Source: Eledone cirrhosa (Eukaryota). Taken from it: a stretch of 64,000 bases of DNA. Each line of letters begins with the position of its first letter. Position 1 is the stretch's first letter. The stretch covers positions 41,540,001 through 41,604,000 of the forward strand of contig OZ024750.1 in assembly GCA_964016885.1 (NCBI GenBank), written 5' to 3'. Both the position numbers and the translations under genes were made by a program. The notes below the pieces were generated by a model, which was not told the DNA's origin, did no database searches, and saw only the letters and a list, made by a program, of their open reading frames with translations. Shown piece by piece: positions 42,001 to 55,383 of this stretch.

Positions 42001-45000
42001 TAGGTGGTATGTCTCAGCTGGGAGTGACAGACTCTACACCCCAGTCTAGGTGGTATATCTCAGCTGTGGCAGGGAATGACATACTCTACACCCCAGTCTA
42101 GATGGTATATCTCAGCTGTGGTGGGGAGTGACAAACTCTACACCCCAGTCTAGGTGGTATATCTAAGCTGTGGTAGGCACTGACAGGCTCTACACCCCAG
42201 TCTAGGTGGTATATCTCAGCTGTGGTGGGGAGTGACAAACTCTACACCCCAGTCTAGGTGGTATATCTCAGCTGTGGTAGGGAGTGACAGACTCTACACC
42301 CCAGTCTAGGTGGTATATCTCAGCTGGGAGTGACAGACTCTACACTCCAGTCCAGATGGTATATCTCAGCTGTGATAAGGAGTGACAGACTCTACACCCC
42401 AGTCTAGGTGGTATATCTCAGCTGTGGCAGGGAGTGACAGACTATACACCCCAGTCTAGGTGGTATATCTCAGTTATGGTGGGGAGTGACAGACTCTACA
42501 CCCCACTCTAGGTGGTATATCTCAGCTGTGGCAGGGAGTGACAGACTCTACACCCCAGTCTAGGTGGTATATCTCAGCTGGGAGTGACAGACTCTACACC
42601 CCAGTCTAGGTGGTATATCTCAGCTGTGGCAGGGAGTGACAGACTCTACACCCCAGTCCAGGTGGTATATCTCAGCTGTGGTAAGGAGTGACAGACTCTG
42701 CACCCCAGTCTAGGTGGTATATCTCAGCTGTGGTAGGGAGTGACAGACTCTACAACCCAGTCTAGGTGGTATATCTCAGCTGTGGCAGGGAGTGACAGAC
42801 TCTACACCCCAGTCTAGGTGGTATATCTCATCTGGGAGTGACAGACTCTACACCCCAGTCCAGGTGGTATATCTCAGCTGTGGTAAGGAGTGACAGACTC
42901 TGCACCCCAGTCTAGGTGGTATATCTCAGCTGTGGTAGGGAGTGACAGATTCTACAGCACAGTCTAGAGGGTATATCTCAGCTGTGGTAGGGAGTGGCAG
43001 ACTCTACACCCCAGTGTAGGTGGTATATCTCAGCTGTGGTAGGCAGTGTCAGTCTCTACACCCCAGTCTAGGTGGTATATCTCAGCTGTGGCATGGAGTG
43101 ACAGACTCTACACCCCAGTCTAGGTGGTATATCTCAGCTGTGGTGGGGAGTGACAGACTCTACACCCCAGTCTAGGTGGTATATCTCAGCTGTGGTAGGG
43201 AGTGACAGACTCTACACCCCAGTCTAGGTGGTATATCTCAGCTGGGAGTGACAGACTCTACACCCCAGTCTAGGTGGTATATCTCAGCTGTGGCAGGGAG
43301 TGACAGACTCTACACCCCAGTCTAGGTGGTATATCTCAGCTGTGGTAGGGAGTGGCAGACTCTACACCCCAGTCTAGGTGGTATATCTCAGCTGTGGTGG
43401 GGAGTGACAGATTCTACACCCCAGTCTAGGTGGTATATCTCAGCTGTGGTGGGGAGTGACAGACTCTACACCCCAGTCCAGGTGGTATGTCTCAGCTGTG
43501 GTAAGGAGTGACAGACTCTGCACCCCAGTCTAGGTGGTATATCTCAGCTGTGGTAGGGAGTGACAGACTCTACAACCCAGTCTAGGTGGTATATCTCAGC
43601 TGTGGCAGGGAGTGACAGACTCTACACCCCAGTCTAGGTGGTATATCTCAGCTGGGAGTGACAGACTCTACACCCCATTCTAGGTGGTATATCTCAGCTG
43701 TGGCAGGGAATGACATACACTACACCCCAGTCTAGATGGTATATCTCAGCTGTGGTAGGCACTGACAGGCTCTACACCCCAGTCTAGGTGGTATATCTCA
43801 GCTGTGGTAGGGAGTAACAGACTCTACACCCCAGTGTAGGTGGTATATCTCAGCTGTGGTAGGGAGTGGCAGACTCTACACCCCAGTCTAGGTGGTATAT
43901 CTCAGCTGTGGTAGGGAGTGACAGACTCTACACCCCAGTCTAGAGGGTATATCTCAGCTGTGGTAGGGAGTGACAGACTCTACACCCCAGTCTAGGTGGT
44001 ATATCTCAGCTGTGGTAGGGAGTCACAGACTCTACACCCCAGTCTAGTTGGTATATCTCAGTTGTGGTAGGGAGTGACAGATTCTACACCACAGTCTACA
44101 GGGTATATCTCAGCTGTGGTAGGGAGTGGCAGACTCTACACCCCAGTCTAGGTGGTATATCTCAGCTGGGAGTGACGACTCTGCACCCCAGTCTAGGTGG
44201 TATATCTCAGCTGTGGCAGGGAGTGGCAGACTCTACACCCCAGTCTAGGTGGTATATCTCAGCTGTGGTGGGGAGTGACAGACTCTACACCCCAGTCTAG
44301 GTGGTATATCTAAGCTGTGGTAGGGAGTGACAGACTCTACACCCCAGTCTAGTTGGTATATCTCAGTTGTGGTAGGGAGTGACAGATTCTACACCACAGT
44401 CTAGAGGGTATATCTCAGCTGTGGTAGGGAGTGGCAGACTCTACACCCCAGTCTAGGTGGTATATCTCAGCTGTGGTAGGGAGTGACAGACTCTACACCC
44501 CAGTCTAGGTGGTATATCTCAGCTGTGGTAGGGAGTAACAGACTCTACACCCCAGTGTAGGTGGTATATCTCAGCTGTGGTAGGCAGTGGCAGACTCTAC
44601 ACCCCAGTCTAGGTGGTATATCTCAGCTGTGGCAGGGAGTGACAGACTCTACACCCCAGTCTAGGTGGTATATCTCAGCTGTGGTGGGGAGTGACAGACT
44701 CTACACCCCAGTCTAGGTGGTATATCTCAGCTGTGGTAGGGAGTGACAGACTCTACACCCCAGTCTAGGTGGTATATCTCAGCTGGGAGTGACAGACTCT
44801 ACACTCCAGTCCAGATGGTATATCTCAGCTGTGGTAAGGAGTGACAGACTCTACACCCCAGTCTAGGTGGTATATCTCAGCTGTGGCAGGGAGTGACAGA
44901 CTATACACCCCACTCTAGGTGGTATATCTCAGCTGTGGCAGGGAGTGACAGACTCTACACCCCAGTCTAGGTGGTATATCTCAGCTGGGAGTGACAGACT

Positions 45001-46800
45001 CTACACCCCAGTCTAGGTGGTATATCTCAGCTATGGTGGGGAGTGACAGACTCAACAGCCCACTCTAGGTGGTATATCTCAGCTGTGGCAGGGAGTGACA
45101 GACTCTACACCCCAGTCTAGGTGGTATATCTCAGCTGTGGTGGGGAGTGACAGACTCTACACCCCAGTCCAGGTGGTATATCTCAGCTGTGGTAAGGAGT
45201 GACAGACTCTGCACCCCAGTCTAGGTGGTATATCTCAGCTGTGGTAGGGAGTGACAGACTCTACAACCCAGTCTAGGTGGTATATCTCAGCTGTGGCAGG
45301 GAGTGACAGACTCTACACCCCAGTCTAGGTGGTATATCTCAGCTGGGAGTGACAGACTCTACACCCCAGTCTAGGTGGTATATCTCAGCTGTGGCAGGGA
45401 ATGACATACTCTACACCCCAGTCTAGATGGTATATCTCAGCTGTGGTAGGGAGTGGCAGACTCTACACCCAAGTGTAGGTGGTATATCTCAGCTGTGGTA
45501 GGGAGTGGCAGACTCTACACCCCAGTCTAGGTGGTATATCTCAGCTGTGGTAGGGAGTGACAGACTCTACACCCCAGTCTAGAGGGTATATCTCAGCTGT
45601 GGTAGGGAGTGACAGACTCTACACCCCAGTCTAGGTGGTATATCTCAGCTGTGGTAGGGAGTGACAGACTCTACACCCCAGTCTAGAGGGTATATCTCAG
45701 CTGTGGTAGGGAGTGACAGACTCTACACCCCAGTCTAGGTGGTATATCTCAGCTGTGGTAGGGAGTGGCAGACTCTACACCCCAGTCTAGGTGGTATATC
45801 TCAGCTGTGGTAGGGAGTGACAGACTCCACACCCCAGTCTAGGTGGTATATCTCAGCTGTGGTAGGGATTGGCAGACTCTACACCCCAGTCTAGAGGGTA
45901 TATCTCAGCTGTGGTAAGGAGTGACAGACTCTACATCCCAGACTAGGTGGTATATCTCAGCTGTGGTAGGGAGTGGCAGACTCTACACCCCAGTCAAGGT
46001 GGTATATCTCAGCTGTGGTAGGGAGTGACAGACTCTACACCCCAGTCTAGGTGGTATATCTCAGCTGTGGTAGGGAGTGACAGACTCTACACCCCAGTCT
46101 AGTTGGTATATCTCAGTTGTGGTAGGGAGTGACAGATTCTACACCACAGTCTAGAGGGTATATCTCAGCTGTGGTAGGGAGTGGCAGACTCTACACCCCA
46201 GTGTAGGTGGTATATCTCAGCTGTGGTAGGCAGTGTCAGTCTCTACACCCCAGTCTAGGTGGTATATCTCAGCTGTGGCATGGAGTGACAGACTCTACAC
46301 CCCAGTCTAGGTGGTATATCTCAGCTGTGGTGGGGAGTGACAGACTCTACACCCCAGTCTAGGTGGTATATCTCAGCTGGGAGTGACAGACTCTACACCC
46401 CAGTCTAGGTGGTATATCTCAGCTGTGGCAGGGAGTGACAGACTCTACACCCCAGTCTAGGTGGTATATCTCAGCTGTAGTAGGGAGTGGCAGACTCTAC
46501 ACCCCAGTCTAGGTGGTATATCTCAGCTGTGGTGGGGAGTGACAGATTCTACACCCCAGTCTAGGTGGTATATCTCAGCTGTGGTGGAGAGTGACAGACT
46601 CTACACCCCAGTCCAGGTGGTATATCTCAGCTGTGGTAAGGAGTGACAGACTCTGCACCCCAGTCTAGGTGGTATATCTCAGCTGTGGTAGGGAGTGACA
46701 GACTCTACAACCCAGTCTAGGTGGTATATCTCAGCAGTGGCAGGGAGTGACAGACTCTACACCCCAGTCTAGGTGGTATATCTCAGCTGTGGCAGGGAAT
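36100..46800 (+). repeat. Older ~6 kb duplication eroded by whole-monomer indels
   Basis: Marker pairs: GACAAA 36171/42234 (6063); GTGTCAGTC 37191/43046 and TACACTAC 37861/43716 (5855); TCAACAGCC 39561/45052 (5491); GTGTCAGTC 41360/46233 and ORFs 41588/46461 (4873). Confidence 0.85.
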
Positions 46801-49800
46801 GACATACTCTACACCCCAGTCTAGATGGTATATCTCAGCTGTGGTAGGCACTGACAGGCTCTACACCCCAGTCTAGGTGGTATATCTCAGCTGTGGTAGG
46901 GAGTAACAGACTCTACACCCCAGTGTAGGTGGTATATCTCAGCTGTGGTAGGGAGTGGCAGACTCTACACCCCAGTCTAGGTGGTATATCTCAGCTGTGG
47001 TAGGGAGTGACAGACTCTACACCCCAGTCTAGAGGGTATATCTCAGCTGTGGTAGGGAGTGACAGACTCTACACCCCAGTCTAGGTGGTATATCTCAGCT
47101 GTGGTAGGGAGTCACAGACTCTACACCCCAGTCTAGTTGGTATATCTCAGTTGTGGTAGGGAGTGACAGATTCTACACCACAGTCTAGAGGGTATATCTC
47201 AGCTGTGGTAGGGAGTGGCAGACTCTACACCCCAGTCTAGGTGGTATATCTCAGCTGTGGTAGGGAGTGACAGACTCTACACCCCAGTCTAGGTGGTATA
47301 TCTCAGCTGTGGTAGGGAGTGACAGACTCCACACCCCAGTCTAGGTGGTATATCTCAGCTGTGGTAGGGATTGGCAGATTCTACACCCCAGTCTAGAGGG
47401 TATATCTCAGCTGTGGTAAGGAGTGACAGACTCTACATCCCAGTCTAGGTGGTATATCTCAGCTGTGGTAGGGAGTGGCAGACTCTACACCCCAGTCAAG
47501 GTGGTATATCTCAGCTGTGGTAGGTAGTGACAGACTCTACACCCCAGTCTAGGTGGTATATCTCAGCTGTGGTAGGGAGTGACAGACTCTACACCCCAGT
47601 CTAGGTGGTATATCTCAGCTGTGGTAGGGAGTGACAGACTCTACACCCCAGTCTAGGTGGTATATCTCAGCTGTGGTAGGGAGTGACAGATTCTACACCC
47701 CAGTCTAGGTGGTATATCTCAGCTGGGAGTGACGACTCTGCACCCCAGTCTAGGTGGTATATCTCAGCTGTGGCAGGGAGTGACAGACTCTACACCCCAG
47801 TCTAGGTGGTATATCTCAGCTGTGGTAGGGAGTGGCAGACTCTACACCCCAGTCTAGGTGGTATATCTCAGCTGTGGTGGGGAGTGACAGACTCTACACC
47901 CCAGTCTAGGTGGTATATCTAAGCTGTGGTAGGGAGTGACAGACTCTACACCCCAGTCTAGTTGGTATATCTCAGTTGTGGTAGGGAGTGACAGATTCTA
48001 CACCACAGTCTAGAGGGTATATCTCAGCTGTGGTAGGGAGTGGCAGACTCTACACCCCAGTCTAGGTGGTATATCTCAGCTGTGGTAGGGAGTGACAGAC
48101 TCTACACCCCAGTCTAGGTGGTATATCTCAGCTGTGGTAGGGATTGGCAGACTCTACACCCCAGTGTAGGTGGTATATCTCAGCTGTGGTAGGCACTGAC
48201 AGGCTCTACACCCCAGTCTAGGTGGTATATCTCAGCTGTGGTAGGGAGTAACAGACTCTACACCCCAGTGTAGGTGGTATATCTCAGCTGTGGTAGGGAG
48301 TGGCAGACTCTACACGCCAGTCTAGGTGGTATATCTCAGCTGTGGCAGGGAGTGACAGACTCTACACCCCAGTCTAGGTGGTATATCTCAGCTGGGAGTG
48401 ACAGACTCTACACACCAGTCTAGGTGGTATATCTCAGCTGTGGCAGGGAGTGACAGACTCTACACCCCAGTCTAGGTGGTATATCTCAGCTGTGGTAGGG
48501 AGTGGCAGACTCTACACCCCAGTCTAGGTGGTATATCTCAGCTGTGGTGGGGAGTGACAGATTCTACACCCCAGTCTAGGTGGTATATCTCAGCTGTGGT
48601 GGGGAGTGACAGACTCTACACCCCAGTCCAGGTGGTATATCTCAGCTGTGGTAAGGAGTGACAGACTCTGCACCCCAGTCTAGGTGGTATATCTCAGCTG
48701 TGGTAGGGAGTGACAGACTCTACAACCCAGTCTAGGTGGTATATCTCAGCTGTGGCAGGGAGTGACAGACTCTACACCCCAGTCTAGGTGGTATATCTCA
48801 GCTGGGAGTGACAGACTCTACACCCCAGTCTAGGTGGAATATCTCAGCTGTGGCAGGGAATGACATACTCTACACCCCAGTCTAGGTGGTATATCTCAGC
48901 TGTGGTGGGGAGTGACAGATTCTACACCCCAGTCTAGGTGGTATATCTCAGCTGTGGTAGGGAGTGACAGACTCTACAACCCAGTCTAGGTGGTATATCT
49001 CAGCTGTGGTAGGGAGTGACAGACTCTACACCCCAGTCTAGGTGGTATATCTCAGCTGTGGTAGGGAGTGACAGACTCCACACCCCAGTCTAGGTGGTAT
49101 ATCTCAGCTGTGGTAGGGATTGGCAGACTCTACACCCCAGTCTAGAGGGTATATCTCAGCTGTGGTAAGGAGTGACAGACTCTACATCCCAGTGTAGGTG
49201 GTATATCTCAGCTGTGGTAGGCAGTGGCAGACTCTACACCCCAGTCTAGGTGGTATATCTCAGCTGTGGTAGGGAGTAACAGACTCTACACCCCAGTGTA
49301 GGTGGTATATCTCAGCTGTGGTAGGGAGTCGCAGACTCTACACCCCAGTCAAGGTGGTATATCTCAGCTGTGGTAGGGAGTGACAGACTCTACACCCCAG
49401 TCTAGGTGGTATATCTCAGCTGTGGTAGGGAGTGACAGACTCTACACCACAGTCTAGTTGGTATATCTCAGTTGTGGTAGGGAGTGACAGATTCTACACC
49501 ACAGTCTAGAGGGTATATCTCAGCTGTGGTAGGGAGTGGCAGACTCTACACCCCAGTCTAGGTGGTATATCTCAGCTGTGGTAGGGATTGGCAGACTCTA
49601 CACCCCAGTCTAGAGGGTATATCTCAGCTGTGGTAGGCACTGACAGGCTCTACACCCCAGTCTAGGTGGTATATCTCAGCTGTGGTAGGGAGTAACAGAC
49701 TCTACACCCCAGTGTAGGTGGTATATCTCAGCTGTGGTAGGCAGTGGCAGACTCTACACCCCAGTCTAGGTGGTATATCTCAGCTGTGGCAGGGAGTGAC

Positions 49801-52800
49801 AGACTCTACACCCCAGTCTAGGTGGTATATCTCAGCTGTGGTGGGGAGTGACAGACTCTACACCCCAGTCTAGGTGGTATATCTCAGCTGTGGTAGGGAG
49901 TGACAGACTCTACACCCCAGTCTAGGTGGTATATCTCAGCTGGGAGTGACAGACTCTACACCCCAGTCTAGGTGGTATATCTCAGCTGTGGCAGGGAGTG
50001 ACAGACTATACACCCCAGTCTAGGTGGTATATCTCAGCTATGGTGGGGAGTGACAGACTCTACACCCCACTCTAGGTGGTATATCTCAGCTGTGGCAGGG
50101 AGTGACAGACGCTACACCCCAGTCTAGGTGGTATATCTCAGCTGTGGCAGGGAGTGACAGACTCTACACCCCAGTCTAGGTGGTATATCTCAGCTGTGGT
50201 AGGGAGTGCAGACTCTACACCCCAGTCTAGGTGGTATATCTCAGCTGTGGTGGGGAGTGACAGATTCTACACCCCAGTCTAGGTGGTATATCTCAGCTGT
50301 GGTGGGGAGTGATAGACTCTACACCCCAGTCCAGGTTGTATATCTCAGCTGTGGTAAGGAGTGACAGACTCTGCACCCCAGTCTAGGTGGTATATCTCAG
50401 CTATGGTAGGGAGTGACAGACTCTACAACCCAGTCTAGGTGGTATATCTCAGCTGTGGCAGGGAGTGACAGACTCTACACCCCAGTCTAGGTGGTATATC
50501 TTAGCTGGGAGTGACAGACTCTACACCCCAGTCTAGGTGGTATATCTCAGCTGTGGCAGGGAATGACATACTCTACACCCCAGTCTAGATGGTATATCTC
50601 AGCTGTGGTAGGCACTGACAGGCTCTACACCCCAGTCTAGGTGGTATATCTCAGCTGTGGTAGGGAGTAACAGACTCTACACCCCAGTGTAGGTGGTATA
50701 TCTCAGCTGTGGTAGGGAGTGGCAGACTCTACACCCCAGTCTAGGTGGTATATCTCAGCTGTGGTAGGGAGTGACAGACTCTACACCCCAGTCTAGAGGG
50801 TATATCTCAGCTGTGGTAGGGAGTGACAGACTCTACACCCCAGTCTAGGTGGTATATCTCAGCTGTGGTAGGGAGTAACAGACTCTACACCCCAGTCTAG
50901 TTGGTATATCTCAGTTGTGGTAGGGAGTGACAGATTCTACACCACAGTCTAGAGGGTATATCTCAGCTGTGGTAGGGAGTGGCAGACTCTACACCCCAGT
51001 CTAGGTCGTATATCTCAGCTGTGGTAGGGAGTGACAGAGTCTACACCCCAGTCTAGGTGGTATATCTCAGCTGTGGTAGGGAGTGACAGACTCCACACCC
51101 CAGTCTAAGTGGTATATCTCAGCTGTGGTAGGGAGTGACAGACTCTACACCCCAGTCTAGGTGGTATATCTCAGCTGTGGTAGGGAGTGGCAGACTCTAC
51201 ACCCCAGTCAAGGTGGTATATCTCAGCTGTGGTAGGGAGTGACAGACTCTGCACCCCAGTCTAGGTGGTATATCTCAGCTGTGGCAGGGAGTGACAGACT
51301 CTACACCCCAGTCTAGGTGGTATATCTAAGCTGTGGTAGGGAGTGGCAGACTCTACACCCCAGTCTAGGTGGTATATCTCAGCTGTGGTGGGGAGTGACA
51401 GACTCTACACCCCAGTCTAGGTGGTATATCTCAGCTGTGGTGGGGACTGACAGACTCTACACCCCAGTCTAGGTGGTATATCTCAGCTGTGGTAGGGAGT
51501 GACAGACTCTACACCCCAGTCTAGGTGGTATATCTCAGCTGTGGCAGGGAGTGACAGACTCTTCACCCCAGTCTAGGTGGTATATCTCAGCTGGGAGTGA
51601 CAGACTCTACACCCCAGTCTAGGTGGTATATCTCAGCTGTGGCAGGGAATGACAGACTCTACACCCCAGTCTAGATGGTATATCTCAGCTGTGGTAGGCA
51701 CTGACAGGCTCTACACCCCAGTCTAGGTGGTATATTTCAGCTGTGGTAGGGAGTAACACACTCTACACCCCAGTCTATGTGGTATATCTCAGCTGTGGTG
51801 GGGAGTGACAGACTCTACACCCCAGTCTAGGTGGTATATCTCAGTTGTGGTAGGGAGTGACAGATTCTACACCACAGTCTAGAGGGTATATCTCAGCTGT
51901 GGTAGGGATTGGCAGACTCTACACCCCAGTCTAGAGGGTATATCTCAGCTGTGGTAGGCACTGACAGGCTCTACACCCCAGTCTAGGTGGTATATCTCAG
52001 CTGTGGTAGGGAGTAACAGACTCTACACCCCAGTGTAGGTGGTATATCTCAGCTGTGGTAGGGAGTGGCAGACTCTACACCCCAGTCTAGGTGGTATATC
52101 TCAGCTGTGGCAGGGAGTGACAGACTCTACACCCCAGTCTAGTTGGTATATCTCAGCTGTGGTAGGGAGTGACAGACTCTACACCCCAGTCTAAGTGGTA
52201 TATCTCAGCTGTGGTGGGGAGTGACAGACTCTACACCCCAGTCTAGGTGGTATATCTCAGCTGTGGCAGGGAGTGACAGACTCTACACCCCAGTCTAGGT
52301 TGTATATCTCAGCTGTGGTGGGGAGTGACAGACTCTACACCCCAGTCGAGGTGGTATATCTCAGCTGTGGTGGGGAGTGACAGACTCTACACCCCAGTCT
52401 AGGTGGTATATCTCAGCTGTGGTGGGGAGTGACAGACTCTACACCCCAGTCCAGGTGGTATATCTCAGCTGTGGTGGGGAGTGACAGACTCTGCACCCCA
52501 GTCTAGGTGGTATATCTCAGCTGTGGTGGGGAGTGACAGACTCTACACCCCAGTCTAAGTGGTATATCTCAGCTGTGGTGGGGAGTGACAGACTCTACAC
52601 CCCAGTCTAGGTGGTATATCTCAGCTGTGGCAGGGAGTGACAGACTCTACACCCCAGTCTAGGTGGTATATCTCAGCTGGGAGTGACAGACTCTACACCC
52701 CAGTCTAGGTGGTATATCTCAGCTGTGGTAGGGAGTGACAGACTCTACACCCCAGTCTAGGTGGTATATCTCAGCTGGGAGTGACAGACTCTACACTCCA

Positions 52801-55383
52801 GTCCAGGTGGTATATCTCAGCTGTGGTAAGGAGTGACAGACTCTACACCCCAGTCTAGGTGGTATATCTCAGCTGGGAGTGACAGACTCTACACCCCAGT
52901 CTAGGTGGTATATCTCAGCTGTGGCAGGGAGTGACAGACTCTACACCCCAGTCTAGGTGGTATATCTCAGCTGTGGTAGGGAGTGGCATACTCTACACCC
53001 CAGTCTAGGTGGTATATCTCAGCTGTGGTAGGGAGTGACAGACTCTACACCCCAGTCTAGGTGGTATATCTCAGCTGTGGTAGGGATTGGCAGACTCTAC
53101 ACCCCAGTCTAGAGGGTATATCTCAGCTGTGGTAGGCACTGACAGGCTCTACACCCCAGTCTAGGTGGTATATCTCAGCTGTGGTAGGGAGTAACAGACT
53201 CTACACCCCAGTGTAGGTGGTATATCTCAGCTGTGGTAGGCAGTGGCAGACTCTACACACCAGTCTAGGTGGTATATCTCAGCTGTGGCAGGGAGTGACA
53301 GACTCTACACCCCAGTCTAGGTGGTATATCTCAGCTGTGGTGGGGAGTGACAGACTCTACACCCCAGTCTAGGTGGTATATCTCAGCTGTGGTAGGGAGT
53401 GACAGACTCTACACCTCAGTCTAGGTGGTATATCTCAGCTGGGAGTGACAGACTCTACACTCCAGTCCAGATGGTATATCTCAGCTGTGGTAAGGAGTGA
53501 CAGACTCTACACCCCAGTCTAGGTGGTATATCTCAGCTGTGGCAGGGAGTGACAGACTATACACCCCAGTCTAGGTGGTATATCTCAGCTATGGTGGGGA
53601 GTGACAGACTCTACACCCCACTCTAGGTGGTATATCTCAGCTGTGGCAGGGAATGACACACTCTACACCCCAGTCAAGGTGGTATATCTCAGCTGTGGCT
53701 GGGAGTGACAGACTCTACACCCCAGTCTAGGTGGTATATCTCAGCTGTGGTAGGGAGTGGCAGACTCTACACCCCAGTCTAGGTGGTATATCTCAGCTGT
53801 GGTGGGGAGTGACAGATTCTACACCCCAGTCTAGGTGGTATATCTCAGCTGTGGTGGGGAGTGACAGACTCTACACCCCAGTCCAGGTGGTATATCTCAG
53901 CTGTGGTAAGGAGTGACAGACTCTGCACCCCAGTCTAGGTGGTATATCTCAGCTGTGGTAGGGAGTGACAGACTCTACAACCCTGTCTAGGTGGTATATC
54001 TCAGCTGTGGCAGGGAGTGACAGACTCTACACCCCAGTCTAGGTGGTATATCTCAGCTGGGAGTGACAGACTCTACACCCCAGTCTAGGTGGTATATCTC
54101 AGCTGTGGCAGGGAATGACATACTCTACACCCCAGTCTAGATGGTATATCTCAGCTGTGGTAGGCACTGACAGGCTCTACACCCCAGTCCAGGTGGTATA
54201 TCTCAGCTGTGGTAGGGAGTAACAGACTCTACACCCCAGTGTAGGTGGTATATCTCAGCTGTGGTAGGGAGTGGCAGTCTCTACACCCCAGTCTAGGTGG
54301 TATATCTCAGCTGTGGTAGGGAGTGACAGACTCTACACCCCAGTCTAGAGGGTATATCTCAGCTGTGGTAGGGAGTGACAGACTCTACACCCCAGTCTAG
54401 GTGGTATATCTCAGCTGTGGTAGGGAGTAACAGACTCTACACCCCAGTCTAGTTGGTATATCTCAGTTGTGGTAGGGAGTGACAGATTCTACACCACAGT
54501 CTAGAGGGTATATCTCAGCTGTGGTAGGGAGTGGCAGACTCTACACCCCAGTCTGGGTGGTATATCTCATCTGTGGTAGGGAGTGACAGACTCTACACCC
54601 CAGTCTAGGTGGTATATCTCAGCTGTGGTAGGGAGTGACAGACTCCACACCCCAGTCTAGGTGGTATATCTCAGCTGTGGTAGGGATTGGCAGACTCTAC
54701 ACCCCAGTCTAGAGGGTATATCTCAGCTGTGGTAAGGAGTGACAGACTCTACATCCCAGTCTAGGTGGTATATCTCAGCTGTGGTAGGGAGTGGCAGACT
54801 CTACACCCCAGTGTAGGTGGTATATCTCAGCTGTGGTAGGCAGTGGCAGACTCTACACCCCAGTCTAGGTGGTATATCTCAGCTGTGGTAGGAAGTGACA
54901 GACTCTACACCCCAGTCTAGGTGGTATATCTCAGCTGGGAGTGACGATTCTGCACCCCAGTCTAGGTGGTATATCTCAGCTGTGACAGGGAGTGACAGAC
55001 TCTACACCCCAGTCTAGGTGGTATATCTCAGCTGTGGTAGGTAGTGGCAGACTCTACACCCCAGTCTAGGTGGTATATCTCAGCTGTGGTGGGGAGTGAC
55101 AGATTCTACACCCCAGTCTAGGTGGTATATCTCAGCTGTGGTGGGGACTGACAGACTCTACACCCCAGTCTAGGTGGTATATCTCCGCTGTGGCAGGGAA
55201 TGACAGACTCTACACCCCAGTCTTGATGGTATATCTCAGCTGTGGTAGGCACTGACAGGCTCTACACCCCAGTCTAGGTGGTATATCTCAGCTGTGGTAG
55301 GGAGTAACACACTCTACACCCCAGTCTAGGTGGTATATCTCAGTTGTGGTAGGGAGTGACATATTCTACACCACAGTCTAGAG

